Shown here piece by piece: positions 1 through 8,983 of a stretch of 30,103 nucleotides of DNA (its first letter is position 1; each line of letters opens with the position of its first letter). Source of the stretch: a virus (Duplodnaviria > Caudoviricetes). Both the position numbers and the translations under genes were made by a program. Below the pieces are notes generated by a model that worked only from the letters and a program-made list of their open reading frames with translations, did not search any database and was not told the origin of the DNA. The stretch lies in the IMG/VR virus record IMGVR_UViG_3300032212_000114, positions 1 through 30,103 of that record, one strand, 5' to 3'.

Positions 1-1357
1 GACCAGATCCACCCTGTGCCGCTTTAATACCCAACGCCTGATTCAGTGAGCGCGTAGCGGTTGCAGCCGGTGTTGCAGCGGCTGAGGCGGAAGCAGCGGC
101 GGCTTTTCTGGAGCCTCGGGTTTTCATGATCTTACCGGCTGCGATTGCAGCAGCACCTGTTACCACAGCGCCTTTGATTAACGCGCTCTGACCGTCCGCG
201 CCGATTGCATCATTCAGCTCTCCGACTTTGTTAATCAGCGGGTCTAACGCCTCGGATGAGGTCTTCGTCCAGGACGCGGCCAGTTGATCCCAGTTTGCAC
301 TGGCTGTTTTTGCGAGCCGGGCAGAGTCGGCCAGGGTAGTATAGCCGTCACCCTGCACGCGCATGAATTTTTCCATCGCTTCAACTTTGCCGGACTCTAA
401 AAACTGACTGGCGGCAAAATTAAAGGCACGCAATGCCTCTGCATCAAACACACCCGCCAGCGTTACCTTGTCGCCTCTAGCTTTAGCGATGATCTCGGTC
501 ATTAGCTCATTAATCGGGCGCATGATACGGCGTCCTTTTTCCAGCTCTTCTAGATCAAATACTTTGATCCCTGCGCCTTGTAGCATTTTAAGTTTGGCAG
601 GGTCAGCCAGGGTGCGCAGTGTTGCCTCGAATGCAGTGGCCGCCATTTCTGCCGAGCCAGTACCCATACGGATCACCTGGAGCGCTGCGCCCATCTCTTT
701 TAATGATTCGGTACCGGTGCGACCAGTTGAGGTATAAGCAGTGACCACGCGTGGCCCGAGCCGGGCGAGATCCGCCAACGTAAACGCGCCTTCTTTACCT
801 TGCTTGTTCAGTGTGTCGAGCACATTGAGTACTTCGGTTGGCGCGATAACGCCCATCTTTTGAAACTCAGCCAAAATGCCACCAATTGCAGTACCGGTTT
901 TATCACCCGTTGCCTGGATAACCGTACCGATGTTTTGAATATTGGCCATCGCGAATTCGAGGTCACCGGTCTTTTCCACGATCTCTTCAATGGCGGCGGT
1001 AATCAGTGATGGATCAACTTTGATATTTTCTTCGCGTGCGATGTCGAAAATTTCCTGACGAAGCGTGGCAACGTCTTTAGATGAAATATTGGCTTGCACG
1101 CCCAACCGCTCAAAGCGTTCCTCCAGACTCGCTGTATTGCGCAATGCCGCAACCCCCCCAGCCCCCGCAGCAAACCCCAACCAACGATTACCCATGCGAT
1201 CTAGCCCACGACCCAGCGTACCCACTGTACGATTAAGGCGCGACATGCTGCGCTGACCACGCTGGCTGAAACGATCCATCGAACGGCTGTAGCGTTGTGC
1301 CTGGCGCTCAAGATTACCGGTTAAATCAACCGCGACTGATGTATTGAGTTCGCTCAT
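1..1357 (-). CDS. Tail tape measure protein (5' part; runs off the window)
   Basis: My translation from ATG 1357: MSELNTSVAVDLTGNLERQAQRYSRSMDRFSQ...GKEGAFTLADLARLGPRV. Helical, Ala/Gly-rich, follows the tail chaperone. Absent from the ORF track because there is no stop in the window. Confidence 0.9.
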   Translation of the reverse strand, partial: MSELNTSVAVDLTGNLERQAQRYSRSMDRFSQRGQRSMSRLNRTVGTLGRGLDRMGNRWLGFAAGAGGVAALRNTASLEERFERLGVQANISSKDVATLRQEIFDIAREENIKVDPSLITAAIEEIVEKTGDLEFAMANIQNIGTVIQATGDKTGTAIGGILAEFQKMGVIAPTEVLNVLDTLNKQGKEGAFTLADLARLGPRVVTAYTSTGRTGTESLKEMGAALQVIRMGTGSAEMAATAFEATLRTLADPAKLKMLQGAGIKVFDLEELEKGRRIMRPINELMTEIIAKARGDKVTLAGVFDAEALRAFNFAASQFLESGKVEAMEKFMRVQGDGYTTLADSARLAKTASANWDQLAASWTKTSSEALDPLINKVGELNDAIGADGQSALIKGAVVTGAAAIAAGKIMKTRGSRKAAAASASAAATPAATATRSLNQALGIKAAQGGSG

Positions 1358-1480
1358 AAACGGGTAAAGAGTTTCCGCAGTGTCATGTCATAAAGATCAT
1401 CAAGACTCAGGGCTGTACGCGCCGCAAGATCAAACGTTAATTGATCAAGCACCATCGCCAGCCCCATCATCTCGCCCCCG
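1354..1480 (-). CDS. Frameshift-extension segment of the tail assembly chaperone (G-T type)
   Basis: Alternative frame (GGEMMGLAMVLDQLTFDLAARTALSLDDLYDMTLRKLFTRL*) entered at CGG GGG CGA (1472-1480). Its TGA overlaps the TMP ATG (ATGA). Confidence 0.75.
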
Positions 1481-1861
1481 CTCGCTGGCTGCCTCCGCAG
1501 CATCCAGCGCAGCCAGATCCATCGCATCAACGGCATCCTGAATCGCGTCGAGATCACGCGGTGATAGCGTCTTAACTTCATCCAGCATCAAAGGCCCGGA
1601 GTAGCTATCACCAGAGTGGCTATCAATGGCAACAATCTGGCGACGCATTACATTCACGCCGACCATCATCGGGCTGGCGACCATTTGCGGCTTATCCACC
1701 AGCTTGCCTTTGGGCGTGAGGGTTGGCACCACCACCACCTTCTCAGATTCTTCGTGGGCTTCAATCACATCACCCGCAGTCGCTTCGCGTAGCGTCACGA
1801 CGCTATAAGTTTCCTTCCCGATGGTCAGGCCATCTTTTAATGTGACTGTTGTTGTCGCCAT
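1445..1861 (-). CDS. Tail assembly chaperone (Mu gp41-like)
   Basis: MATTTVTLKDGLTIG...VTLREATAGDVIEA; lies between tube and TMP. Start placed at 1861 because it overlaps the tube stop (TAATG). Confidence 0.85.
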   Translation of the reverse strand: MATTTVTLKDGLTIGKETYSVVTLREATAGDVIEAHEESEKVVVVPTLTPKGKLVDKPQMVASPMMVGVNVMRRQIVAIDSHSGDSYSGPLMLDEVKTLSPRDLDAIQDAVDAMDLAALDAAEAASERGRDDGAGDGA

Positions 1862-2208
1862 TAAATCGGCTCCACTGCCTGCGCGGACATCTTCCACGGC
1901 GTTTTACCTGCGCCATCAAACACCACCGGCTCGGTGGTAAACGCATCACGCATCATAAACTTCTGCCCGGTATCGGCTTTAAACAACACCGTCGCGCCAG
2001 TGATTTTGTTTAACTCAATCACGTCGGTAGCCTTGGTGATGATCACGCTGCATTCCATCAGCGGCGGCGTGTCAACTTCTGAATAATAGGTTTTCCCACC
2101 GTGTGATTCTGGATCTCTTGTTACACCACCAGGGTTCAGCGTCGCATTATTCTCGGCGGCAATGACTTCGCCATCGACCCGAATCGTTACCTTGCCTGTA
2201 ATTTGCAT
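1861..2208 (-). CDS. Tail tube protein (Mu gpM-like)
   Basis: 115 aa, MQITGKVTIRVDG...LNPGGVTR; directly after the sheath gene. Confidence 0.88.
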   Translation of the reverse strand: MQITGKVTIRVDGEVIAAENNATLNPGGVTRDPESHGGKTYYSEVDTPPLMECSVIITKATDVIELNKITGATVLFKADTGQKFMMRDAFTTEPVVFDGAGKTPWKMSAQAVEPI

Positions 2209-2221
2209 TACCTATCTCCCG

Positions 2222-3682
2222 TTAAATATGAAACTGAGTCTGCACCGCGACAATGCGCAACTGGCCGATCAGTTTAGGTTGATCCTGCACATCGACCCGG
2301 CTATTGGCGGTATCGATGATGACAATCAACGATGCCTTGTACGCCTCCAGATCTTCACACCAGCCGAGGTCGATGAACTCCTGATACATCGAGATGAATT
2401 CAGCACGCAGTGAGTCCTCTGTCGCAATCGGTTGACCCGCACCAAAACGCTCACTGGTACCGGCTAACTTATGGCGTGGATATTTCGTAGCGATAGTTGA
2501 GCGCTGCACGAATCGAATGCGTTCCAGCGTTTCCGGTGTGTTGATATTTAGATAGCTGATATCCGCCACGCTCGCACCATTCTCCTGATACTGCGTAATC
2601 TGGCGCTCGATATAAACCGATCCATCATTGCCGACCTTGTAAGTAGAGATACCATCCCACAACAGCAGGTTGCGCTCGCCATCTGTCCAACGGTTAGCGA
2701 CCAATGGCGCTTTAAGGCCGGGCAGCTTCAATGTCTTGAGTGGGCGCGCAGGATCAGCTGCGAGTTTAGACGCCGCGACAATCGCATTGGTCGCCGCCCA
2801 GATATAAGGCGGCTCCGGCGCAGTGTTGGTAGCCATGCAGGTGACGTGTGGGTTATTACGTCCGCTACCATAAGTGGATGCCGCCGCATGACCGCCACGG
2901 AATGCAGTAAAGGCACGGCAGCCGATCTGCTGCATCGGCCCCCAGCGGTCATCGAGTTCAGTTTCTAGCGCGACGATATTGGTGCTGTCTGTGAACGGCA
3001 TCACCATCCAGTTGTACCATTCCGCACCCATTGCAGCGATGGCAGTGGTAATGTCCGGGTTCGTGGTGCCGCCTGCCATCGGAACAATGGCCGCAGCGAT
3101 GCCTGCGGGTGTCGCCTCATCGAAATAATTCAGGCGCACATCGAGATCATTCCCGATCTCACCGGCGTGCCGTGCTGTCAGGGTTACAACCCCCGCGACA
3201 TTGCCTGCCGTCACTGGCAGCGAGGTGTCGGATGTGATTGCTGACACAATCGATGTGGCCACATTGGTGACATCATCACCAGACGCCACCGGTACTGATA
3301 CTCTTTTGCCAGCAATGTAGAGAGCCAACGTACCAGCCGCAGTCGCGGCACCGGTGATGGTAATGGTGCCCGTTGCCGCAACACCAGCACCGGCATCATC
3401 CAACGCAATCGCCCATACATCCATGAATGAGTCGATGCCCTTGATGGTCTTTAACATCTCCGCCAGCATTGAACCACGGCCGAATGCCGCCTCGGCCTGG
3501 TTGCCACTCAAAATACGCGTCGGCACGCCCTCGGCCACGGCACCCGCCGCGAGGCGCTGGCCAACAACCACGAGTTTAAATTCCTGCGGCGAGTTACCGG
3601 CCAATGAATTATCAAACTCGACATAAACACCCGGCAGGCGCAGGCTGTCAGGGATATCGTTAAATGAAATTGTTTCAGGCAT
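2222..3682 (-). CDS. Tail sheath protein (Mu gpL-like)
   Basis: ISFNDIPDSLRLPGVYVEFDNS, FGRGSMLAEM, DPARPLKTL, ERNLLLWDGISTY, KYPRHKLA motifs typical of the Mu-type sheath. Confidence 0.95.
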   Translation of the reverse strand: MPETISFNDIPDSLRLPGVYVEFDNSLAGNSPQEFKLVVVGQRLAAGAVAEGVPTRILSGNQAEAAFGRGSMLAEMLKTIKGIDSFMDVWAIALDDAGAGVAATGTITITGAATAAGTLALYIAGKRVSVPVASGDDVTNVATSIVSAITSDTSLPVTAGNVAGVVTLTARHAGEIGNDLDVRLNYFDEATPAGIAAAIVPMAGGTTNPDITTAIAAMGAEWYNWMVMPFTDSTNIVALETELDDRWGPMQQIGCRAFTAFRGGHAAASTYGSGRNNPHVTCMATNTAPEPPYIWAATNAIVAASKLAADPARPLKTLKLPGLKAPLVANRWTDGERNLLLWDGISTYKVGNDGSVYIERQITQYQENGASVADISYLNINTPETLERIRFVQRSTIATKYPRHKLAGTSERFGAGQPIATEDSLRAEFISMYQEFIDLGWCEDLEAYKASLIVIIDTANSRVDVQDQPKLIGQLRIVAVQTQFHI

Positions 3683-3688
3683 CGCTGA

Positions 3689-3895
3689 TTACTCCTGGTT
3701 AGGTTTTTTCGCGGTGGATTTTTTTGGCTTTGATGCTTCGATGACTGATTCATCCTGTAGGCGTCGAACCCAATATGCAGTCCGTTCGACCGACATGCCG
3801 ACTGCTGGCATAAACTCATGCGGTTTGTTCGGCAGGCGCACCCTTAGCACTGTGCCATCTGGCATGGTGTTAGGTTTGATATAGATCGTTGTCAT
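3689..3895 (-). CDS. Mu gp38-like protein (DUF2635-like)
   Basis: IYIKP...VRLP...G..V...YWVRRLQDESV motif; sits just upstream of the sheath gene. Confidence 0.8.
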   Translation of the reverse strand: MTTIYIKPNTMPDGTVLRVRLPNKPHEFMPAVGMSVERTAYWVRRLQDESVIEASKPKKSTAKKPNQE

Positions 3896-3909
3896 GGTCT
3901 CTGCGTCTC

Positions 3910-4473
3910 CTATTGGGGCAGTGTTATATCATCAATGGCATCGGGTTCGTCTGAACCCGGTACCAGGGAATGCTCGGCGTGGTAGGTGATAAAGCTGGCA
4001 AGATCGGTAGTGTCTGCAATCCCACCGATCGTCATCCACTGCGACCAGGTAAACCCCCACATGGCGATGCCTTCTTTATCAATCTTGGTGGCATAAAGAT
4101 TTCGACCGCTGATTTTTTCCGGGTATCTGCGAGACTCATCCATACCCCACAGATTTTCGGTGAGATGTACGGCCAAAACATTCGCTAGCGCCATCGACGA
4201 CGCATCGCGTGTGATCTTCGGCGTGTCTTTCGTGACGATGATCGCGGCGAATGCGATCTCGGCATGGTCACCCATTGAGTCGTTGCCAACGTTGGCCAGG
4301 GCGACCGTCGAAATAAATATGCACGGCGCTTTGGTGCCAATGCGTTTAAGCTCCTCAATGGAGAATCTTCCGGCGTAGGGGAGGACGGAGACGCTACCGA
4401 TATCAGACACGCCAGGCATATTGTTGGCGATATCATCAATCACACCCTGGCGAAGTTCAAAAAGGTTTTTCAT
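3910..4473 (-). CDS. Mu gp37-like tail terminator/completion protein
   Basis: YAGRFSIEELKR...APCIFI, NLY and MWGFTWSQ motifs; synteny. Confidence 0.75.
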   Translation of the reverse strand: MKNLFELRQGVIDDIANNMPGVSDIGSVSVLPYAGRFSIEELKRIGTKAPCIFISTVALANVGNDSMGDHAEIAFAAIIVTKDTPKITRDASSMALANVLAVHLTENLWGMDESRRYPEKISGRNLYATKIDKEGIAMWGFTWSQWMTIGGIADTTDLASFITYHAEHSLVPGSDEPDAIDDITLPQ

Positions 4474-4937
4474 TAGTGCATTACCCGCTCGATGTGATCT
4501 TCAAGAAACAGATCCACTATGTGTTCGATGTCGTCCAGGTTCTCGGCAGAAAAACCAACGTACTCACGTGCGGGGTGATTGGGCCGGTCAACTTCTTCGC
4601 CGCCGAATTGCTGAATCGCGGCATAAGGCAAATTACTGCCAAACTCACCACCCGAGCCATCAAGATAAATAAACGGTGCCAGGGAATCATCAAGGTCACC
4701 TTCATTCATCAGCAAGCTATGGCCACCATCACGGGTCTCGGCGTACTCTTCAGACCAGGCCGCCCAGGGCGTGCCATCGGGCGCTGTCTTTTCATTGCGT
4801 AGACGACGGCGGGTTTGCGTGTCGATCTCGGCAAAGATTGAATCGAGCAGTTCAATTTTATCTAGCCGACCCAGTTCATTCATGCGATCCGCGAGGCGGT
4901 CGATGGATGAGAGATCAAATTGTAGCGATGTACTCAT
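4473..4937 (-). CDS. Phage virion morphogenesis protein (Mu gpG / P2 gpS family)
   Basis: TRRRL..EKTAPDGTPWA, GSNLPYAAIQQFGG, PAREYVGFS motifs. Confidence 0.88.
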   Translation of the reverse strand: MSTSLQFDLSSIDRLADRMNELGRLDKIELLDSIFAEIDTQTRRRLRNEKTAPDGTPWAAWSEEYAETRDGGHSLLMNEGDLDDSLAPFIYLDGSGGEFGSNLPYAAIQQFGGEEVDRPNHPAREYVGFSAENLDDIEHIVDLFLEDHIERVMH

Positions 4938-4939
4938 CG

Positions 4940-5365
4940 TTACAATAAACCGCTCATTGAATTACGATTAAAACGGCGGTTACTGCTGCTTGATTCAATC
5001 ACATCACTGGATGTGGTGGTGGCTTCGGCCACGCCTAATGTCACCTCACCTTTTGCGATTAAACGCAACAGCGAGCGCGCATCGTCATATCGTATTCGCT
5101 TTTCTTCTGTGCCAACGTCCGCGCCATCGGCAAGGCGGTACACAACAATGTCAACACAGAGGCGGGTGAGTACTTCAGGCAGCGGTGTGGCCATCGGCAA
5201 CGCATAACGTTTAGCGACGTAGGTATCGATCTCCGCGCTGGCGTCATTGATAGCGGGGTCTACCACTTCGCTATCGGCAATGCCATCGCCGTCACGGTCT
5301 GCAATCAGTAATAGCAGGTCTTTACTGTAACGGTCGATGATGTTTTGTTGACTGGCGTAAGGCAT
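4940..5365 (-). CDS. Head-tail adaptor, Mu gp36-like (DUF1320)
   Basis: MPYAS...AINDASAEIDTYVAKRYALP...CVDIVVYRL...RYDDA..LL..IAKGEVTLG. Confidence 0.92.
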   Translation of the reverse strand: MPYASQQNIIDRYSKDLLLLIADRDGDGIADSEVVDPAINDASAEIDTYVAKRYALPMATPLPEVLTRLCVDIVVYRLADGADVGTEEKRIRYDDARSLLRLIAKGEVTLGVAEATTTSSDVIESSSSNRRFNRNSMSGLL

Positions 5366-5370
5366 GGTGA

Positions 5371-5775
5371 TTACTTACCGACGTACTCATCACCTGCTTC
5401 AAACGTGCAAGGCTCAACCACTAGATTGGATTCTTCCTCTAATGCTTTAAGCTGCCCATCATCTAGCGCATCCAGTGCGATGCCAAAACCTTGCTCATTA
5501 AAGCCATAGCCTGCGCGGCGAAATGACTTAAGGCCAGGGATTGCTTTTACAAAGACACCCTCAACCGATGGTGGTTCATCCGTCTTTTTTGCTGCTGAAT
5601 TTTTAGCCGCCGCTGTTGTTGCTTTTTTTTGTTTAGGTGATCCCGCCTGGGCCGTCTTGCTTTGAGTGGCTTGACCTTTTTCAGGTGTGTTTTCTGTTGC
5701 CGCGCTTGCTGTAGCAACATGATCTGCACCGCCGTTAGTGGTGGTTGTTTCCTGAGTTTTATTTCTTCTGGCCAT
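5371..5775 (-). CDS. Mu gp35/HI1506-like protein with a low-complexity N-terminus
   Basis: C-terminal SFRRAGYGF...ALEEESNLVVE motif; GAGGAG SD; follows the capsid gene. Confidence 0.7.
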   Translation of the reverse strand: MARRNKTQETTTTNGGADHVATASAATENTPEKGQATQSKTAQAGSPKQKKATTAAAKNSAAKKTDEPPSVEGVFVKAIPGLKSFRRAGYGFNEQGFGIALDALDDGQLKALEEESNLVVEPCTFEAGDEYVGK

Positions 5776-5798
5776 GGTGACTCCTCGCTGATGCTCTG

Positions 5799-5824
5799 AA
5801 TAAACCCAGCGCAGATGCGCCGGG
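5799..5824 (-). terminator. Intrinsic terminator-like hairpin downstream of the major capsid gene
   Basis: Minus strand CCCGGCGCA-TC-TGCGCTGGG followed by TTTATT. Confidence 0.5.
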
Positions 5825-5871
5825 GATTTACTTAAGCGGGGTGATTAGTACCCCTTTTCGTGGGGTTATTC

Positions 5872-6951
5872 TTATGCCGTGCCGTCCGATCCGTAGCTCA
5901 ACTGCCACAAACCATAGGCACCTGCTGCGCGTGCTTCGACAGAGTAGAGAAACATTTTACGCATAAACACGGATTCACTATCGCTGCTGGTCATCGCCAC
6001 AAAGACAGGTTTTTTACGCTCTTGAATCACGAAAGGCTTAACCTGCTTATTGGTGACATGCAGGAACCATGCAGTGGTTGATGTAAGCAGCGGGTTGACT
6101 TTAAGCTTTGCAGTACCACGGTAAGGATTAGGCTTGCCGTCTGCTAACTTCTCGTTCTCTAACAACATACGACCAACCGATTCCAGTGCAGGCGGTACCT
6201 CCAGCACATTCGGCACCAGGCCGAGCTTCTTACCACCATCGCGGGTGAAGCCCATAATTGCCTGACGTGCAACACCGTAACTCGCGCTGGCCAGAGCAAG
6301 CGTCGCATTTGATAGCACTGCGGTACCTTTATTGCTAACGCTCACGGCATCGCCATTTTCATCCTCGACCGGATGATCAGTGTCATAAAAAAATTGTTTG
6401 TCATAACACGGATTAGTAAAGGCACCATTCTTGACTTCCGCATCAAGATCATCATAGAGCAACGCGGCAGATTCACCCGTAGCCGCTGCTTGAACAGAAT
6501 ACCCGCCGAGATTGCCGTCTTCGATATCGTTGCGGTCAACTTCGATGGTGTCTTCATAGTCATCGTTGGCGACGACGTAGTTAAACGCTTTAAGCGAGTT
6601 GATGACTTTGTCACCGACCCACTTCTTCATACCCTTCCAGCCGGTCAACCACTTGTAATCGTTTTCCGAACCTGTAGAGGGCACCAGCATGGTAGTTTCC
6701 TGCCAGGTGCCGGTCACGCCTTCGAACGCTTTCTGGAACGATGTTTTTATGTTCCTGGATAAACCATCAAGGGTATCTTTGTTAATAATTAATCCAGCCC
6801 CGCCCAGAAATGGCATAGCATCGATACCGCCTAGATCATTAAGCGCGTACATGGTGACCGCCTCAGCAGATAGCGGGGCATCGGCAATGGCGGCAAGTGA
6901 GATACCCGCGCAGGCCAATAGCCCAAGGGTAAGCGTTAAAAATCGTTTCAT
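5872..6951 (-). CDS. Major capsid protein (Mu gpT family) with a 53-aa N-terminal signal-peptide-like leader
   Basis: VPST..ENDYKWL, MKKWVGDK, YEDTIEVDRNDIEDGNLG, CYDKQFFYDTDHPV, KPFVIQERKKP, GAYGLWQLSYGS motifs; AGAGGA SD 10 nt before ATG 6951. Confidence 0.95.
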   Translation of the reverse strand: MKRFLTLTLGLLACAGISLAAIADAPLSAEAVTMYALNDLGGIDAMPFLGGAGLIINKDTLDGLSRNIKTSFQKAFEGVTGTWQETTMLVPSTGSENDYKWLTGWKGMKKWVGDKVINSLKAFNYVVANDDYEDTIEVDRNDIEDGNLGGYSVQAAATGESAALLYDDLDAEVKNGAFTNPCYDKQFFYDTDHPVEDENGDAVSVSNKGTAVLSNATLALASASYGVARQAIMGFTRDGGKKLGLVPNVLEVPPALESVGRMLLENEKLADGKPNPYRGTAKLKVNPLLTSTTAWFLHVTNKQVKPFVIQERKKPVFVAMTSSDSESVFMRKMFLYSVEARAAGAYGLWQLSYGSDGTA

Positions 6952-7039
6952 GATGTGTTAATCCTCTATAGTTTTATTGGGGCTGCGTCACCCACTCAGC
7001 CCCAGTTAAGGGGCTTTGCAGGGGGGGGGTAAATGATGG

Positions 7040-7444
7040 TTATTCGATCCAGACACCACCTGAATTAACAGCAACAACGACACCAGCTGGTGAGCGAGTA
7101 CCCACGCCATCGCTACCGGCTACGGTCTGGTCATCGACGATATAACAAACCTGACCGACACCTGCTTGAGCGACGAGATCACCGCCAAGGTTTTTAAAGT
7201 AAAATGCTTTCTTGCGACGAATCAAAACGCGCTTATCACCATCCGCACCACCGGTGTTATCTCGCGCCTCATCAAAGCGACCGAAGTAGGTCAAGTTCAA
7301 TGCGGTGGAGCCGGGCGCGGCATAGCCTGCTGCGTTAAGCACGGCCAGCCCACCGGCGTGACAAACAGCGCCAGCAGCTACGGGTTGCGCAATCAGCTCG
7401 CCATCCTGCATTTTGGTATTGCGGTCTTCAGTTAGTGGTGGCAT
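7040..7444 (-). CDS. Probable capsid decoration/cement protein
   Basis: Gly/Ala-rich 134 aa (LTEDRNT...DNTGGADGD...CYIVDDQTV...GVWIE) between protease and capsid; AGAGGA SD. Confidence 0.72.
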   Translation of the reverse strand: MPPLTEDRNTKMQDGELIAQPVAAGAVCHAGGLAVLNAAGYAAPGSTALNLTYFGRFDEARDNTGGADGDKRVLIRRKKAFYFKNLGGDLVAQAGVGQVCYIVDDQTVAGSDGVGTRSPAGVVVAVNSGGVWIE

Positions 7445-7501
7445 CTCGATATCCTCTTGTAGTGGTAACGCTTGTTTGTTAATTAATCGCGCGGAACGTT
7501 A

Positions 7502-8017
7502 TTACGTGCCGTACTTCTTCAGCTCTTCAGCGCTGTTGCCAAACTGGTCCGCCATTGCCTGCTCGGCAGTGTTCAGCGCAGCGCCTTTGTCGCCGTCTGG
7601 TTTTTTATCATCCAGGCCGCTTTTGTCAGTGATCACCGGCTGGCCTTTTACATACTCGTTAAAGAGTTCCAGCCCGCCCTCTGCCTGACACTGCGCGATG
7701 TGATAGTCTTTTGATGCCGGGGTGATCTTGCCGTCTGCCAGCGCCTGATTAATTGCGGTTTCGATTTCACCATCACGGGTCGCTTTGTTAATGCCAGCAA
7801 GCTTATCCTCGGCGGTCTGTGCGCGGTTTAAAGCTGCGTCGTAGTCACCACGCGGAACAAAGGTGTCAAGGCTAGGATTCTTAGCTTGATTCAATGCGGT
7901 GTCGCGATCTTGCTGCAACTTTGTGATCGCTTGATTAACGGCGATCGTTAATTCTGCCTCTGTGCCAGCGTCACTAATACCTAGCGCACGACATTGCGCC
8001 TTTAATAGTTCTAACAT
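7502..8017 (-). CDS. Scaffolding protein Z from an in-frame internal start
   Basis: AGAGGA-CTCCACA-ATG (MLELLKAQCRALG) just after the protease domain, as in Mu I/Z. Confidence 0.7.
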   Translation of the reverse strand: MLELLKAQCRALGISDAGTEAELTIAVNQAITKLQQDRDTALNQAKNPSLDTFVPRGDYDAALNRAQTAEDKLAGINKATRDGEIETAINQALADGKITPASKDYHIAQCQAEGGLELFNEYVKGQPVITDKSGLDDKKPDGDKGAALNTAEQAMADQFGNSAEELKKYGT

Positions 8018-8557
8018 TGTGGAGTCCTCTTGGTTTAAGTGATCACCCTGCGCATGATTGAGGGCGGTAACGAAAAGATTCGGGTTATTGGTCAACCCAA
8101 CAGACTTGATGCCGACGATACGGCGTGTGGCCTTTTCAAAAATAAGCACCGGGGAAAGGTAGCGATACTCTTTACGTTCGACCGAGTTACGGCCGATTTC
8201 ATTCCAGTCTGGGCGTGACCAGATCGACCCGTCTTCGCGGATCTCCATCGCCTTGCCCCATGCGGCGGCCGGGGCATTCTCGCCCTTGGGGGCCTTCAGT
8301 TCGGTGGAGTGCTCAAAATCGAATACCAGGTCACGGCCACGGGATTGCAGCGCGGCGAAATAATCGACGATGCCTTGCGGCTTGTCATTGACCCATGAGC
8401 GGCCATCGATGCCGTCCACATTCTCGCCAGGCGGGATTAGCTGCACCCATTCCGGCAGGGTGCCGTCATCCGGCAGCGCAAAATTGACCGCAACGCACAG
8501 ATGCTCGGTATCGAGTGCTGTATTCAGTGCAATGACAAGCTGGGTTTTTCTGAACAT
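7502..8557 (-). CDS. Prohead protease I with C-terminal scaffold (Mu gpI/Z)
   Basis: WVQLIPPG..GIDGRSW, DFEHST, APAAAW, W...G...V..KEYRYLSPV, GLTNNPNL motifs. Confidence 0.93.
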   Translation of the reverse strand: MFRKTQLVIALNTALDTEHLCVAVNFALPDDGTLPEWVQLIPPGENVDGIDGRSWVNDKPQGIVDYFAALQSRGRDLVFDFEHSTELKAPKGENAPAAAWGKAMEIREDGSIWSRPDWNEIGRNSVERKEYRYLSPVLIFEKATRRIVGIKSVGLTNNPNLFVTALNHAQGDHLNQEDSTMLELLKAQCRALGISDAGTEAELTIAVNQAITKLQQDRDTALNQAKNPSLDTFVPRGDYDAALNRAQTAEDKLAGINKATRDGEIETAINQALADGKITPASKDYHIAQCQAEGGLELFNEYVKGQPVITDKSGLDDKKPDGDKGAALNTAEQAMADQFGNSAEELKKYGT

Positions 8558-8609
8558 GCCGCCATTGTGGCGGGCTGGCGTGAGGCTGTAGCGGGGAACG
8601 CGTTCCGGC
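8558..8609 (-). promoter_or_regulatory. Late promoter PI-like: activator box plus -10 CACAAT
   Basis: 22-bp box 8588-8609 (contains palindrome GGAACGCGTTCC) is identical to 19690-19711; box-18 nt-CACAAT-6 nt-ATG. Confidence 0.75.
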
Positions 8610-8776
8610 CCGCAAATCTGCGGACTGGAGACAGCAATACCACTCAGGGCGGAATTTTACCAGCCCCGGCGGTTCAGACCGCCAGAATCGCCGTTTAAAT
8701 CGATTCAGAAACGTTTAACGAGATTTTACGGGTACGGATGCTGATCCTGAGCCGAGATCGTGGCTTACAGGGCTTC

Positions 8777-8974
8777 TCAGGCAGGATTGTTGATTTCGTG
8801 ATTTGACAGGTCTGCGGCGGCAAAATAGGCCTCGTACAGATCGCCGTATTTATCCTGCTCATCTGGGCGAATATCTGCCTCTAGCGCTTCCAGGCGAGCC
8901 AAGTCGGTCGCTGTTAGCGGCTCTCTTCTCAGGATAGCCATCGCCTCCTGGAATGCTGGACTGTATGCAGACAT
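8777..8974 (-). CDS. Small acidic protein, candidate immunity protein for the MuF C-terminal domain
   Basis: 65 aa, starts 10 nt after the MuF stop with an AGGGG SD; position matches MuF toxin-immunity pairs. Confidence 0.55.
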   Translation of the reverse strand: MSAYSPAFQEAMAILRREPLTATDLARLEALEADIRPDEQDKYGDLYEAYFAAADLSNHEINNPA

Positions 8975-8983
8975 ATATTACCC

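Noticed and set aside
1481-1581. 5' part of ORF 1354..1581 as an independent gene
   Set aside because: Overlaps the chaperone out of frame; only the part after the slippery site is plausible
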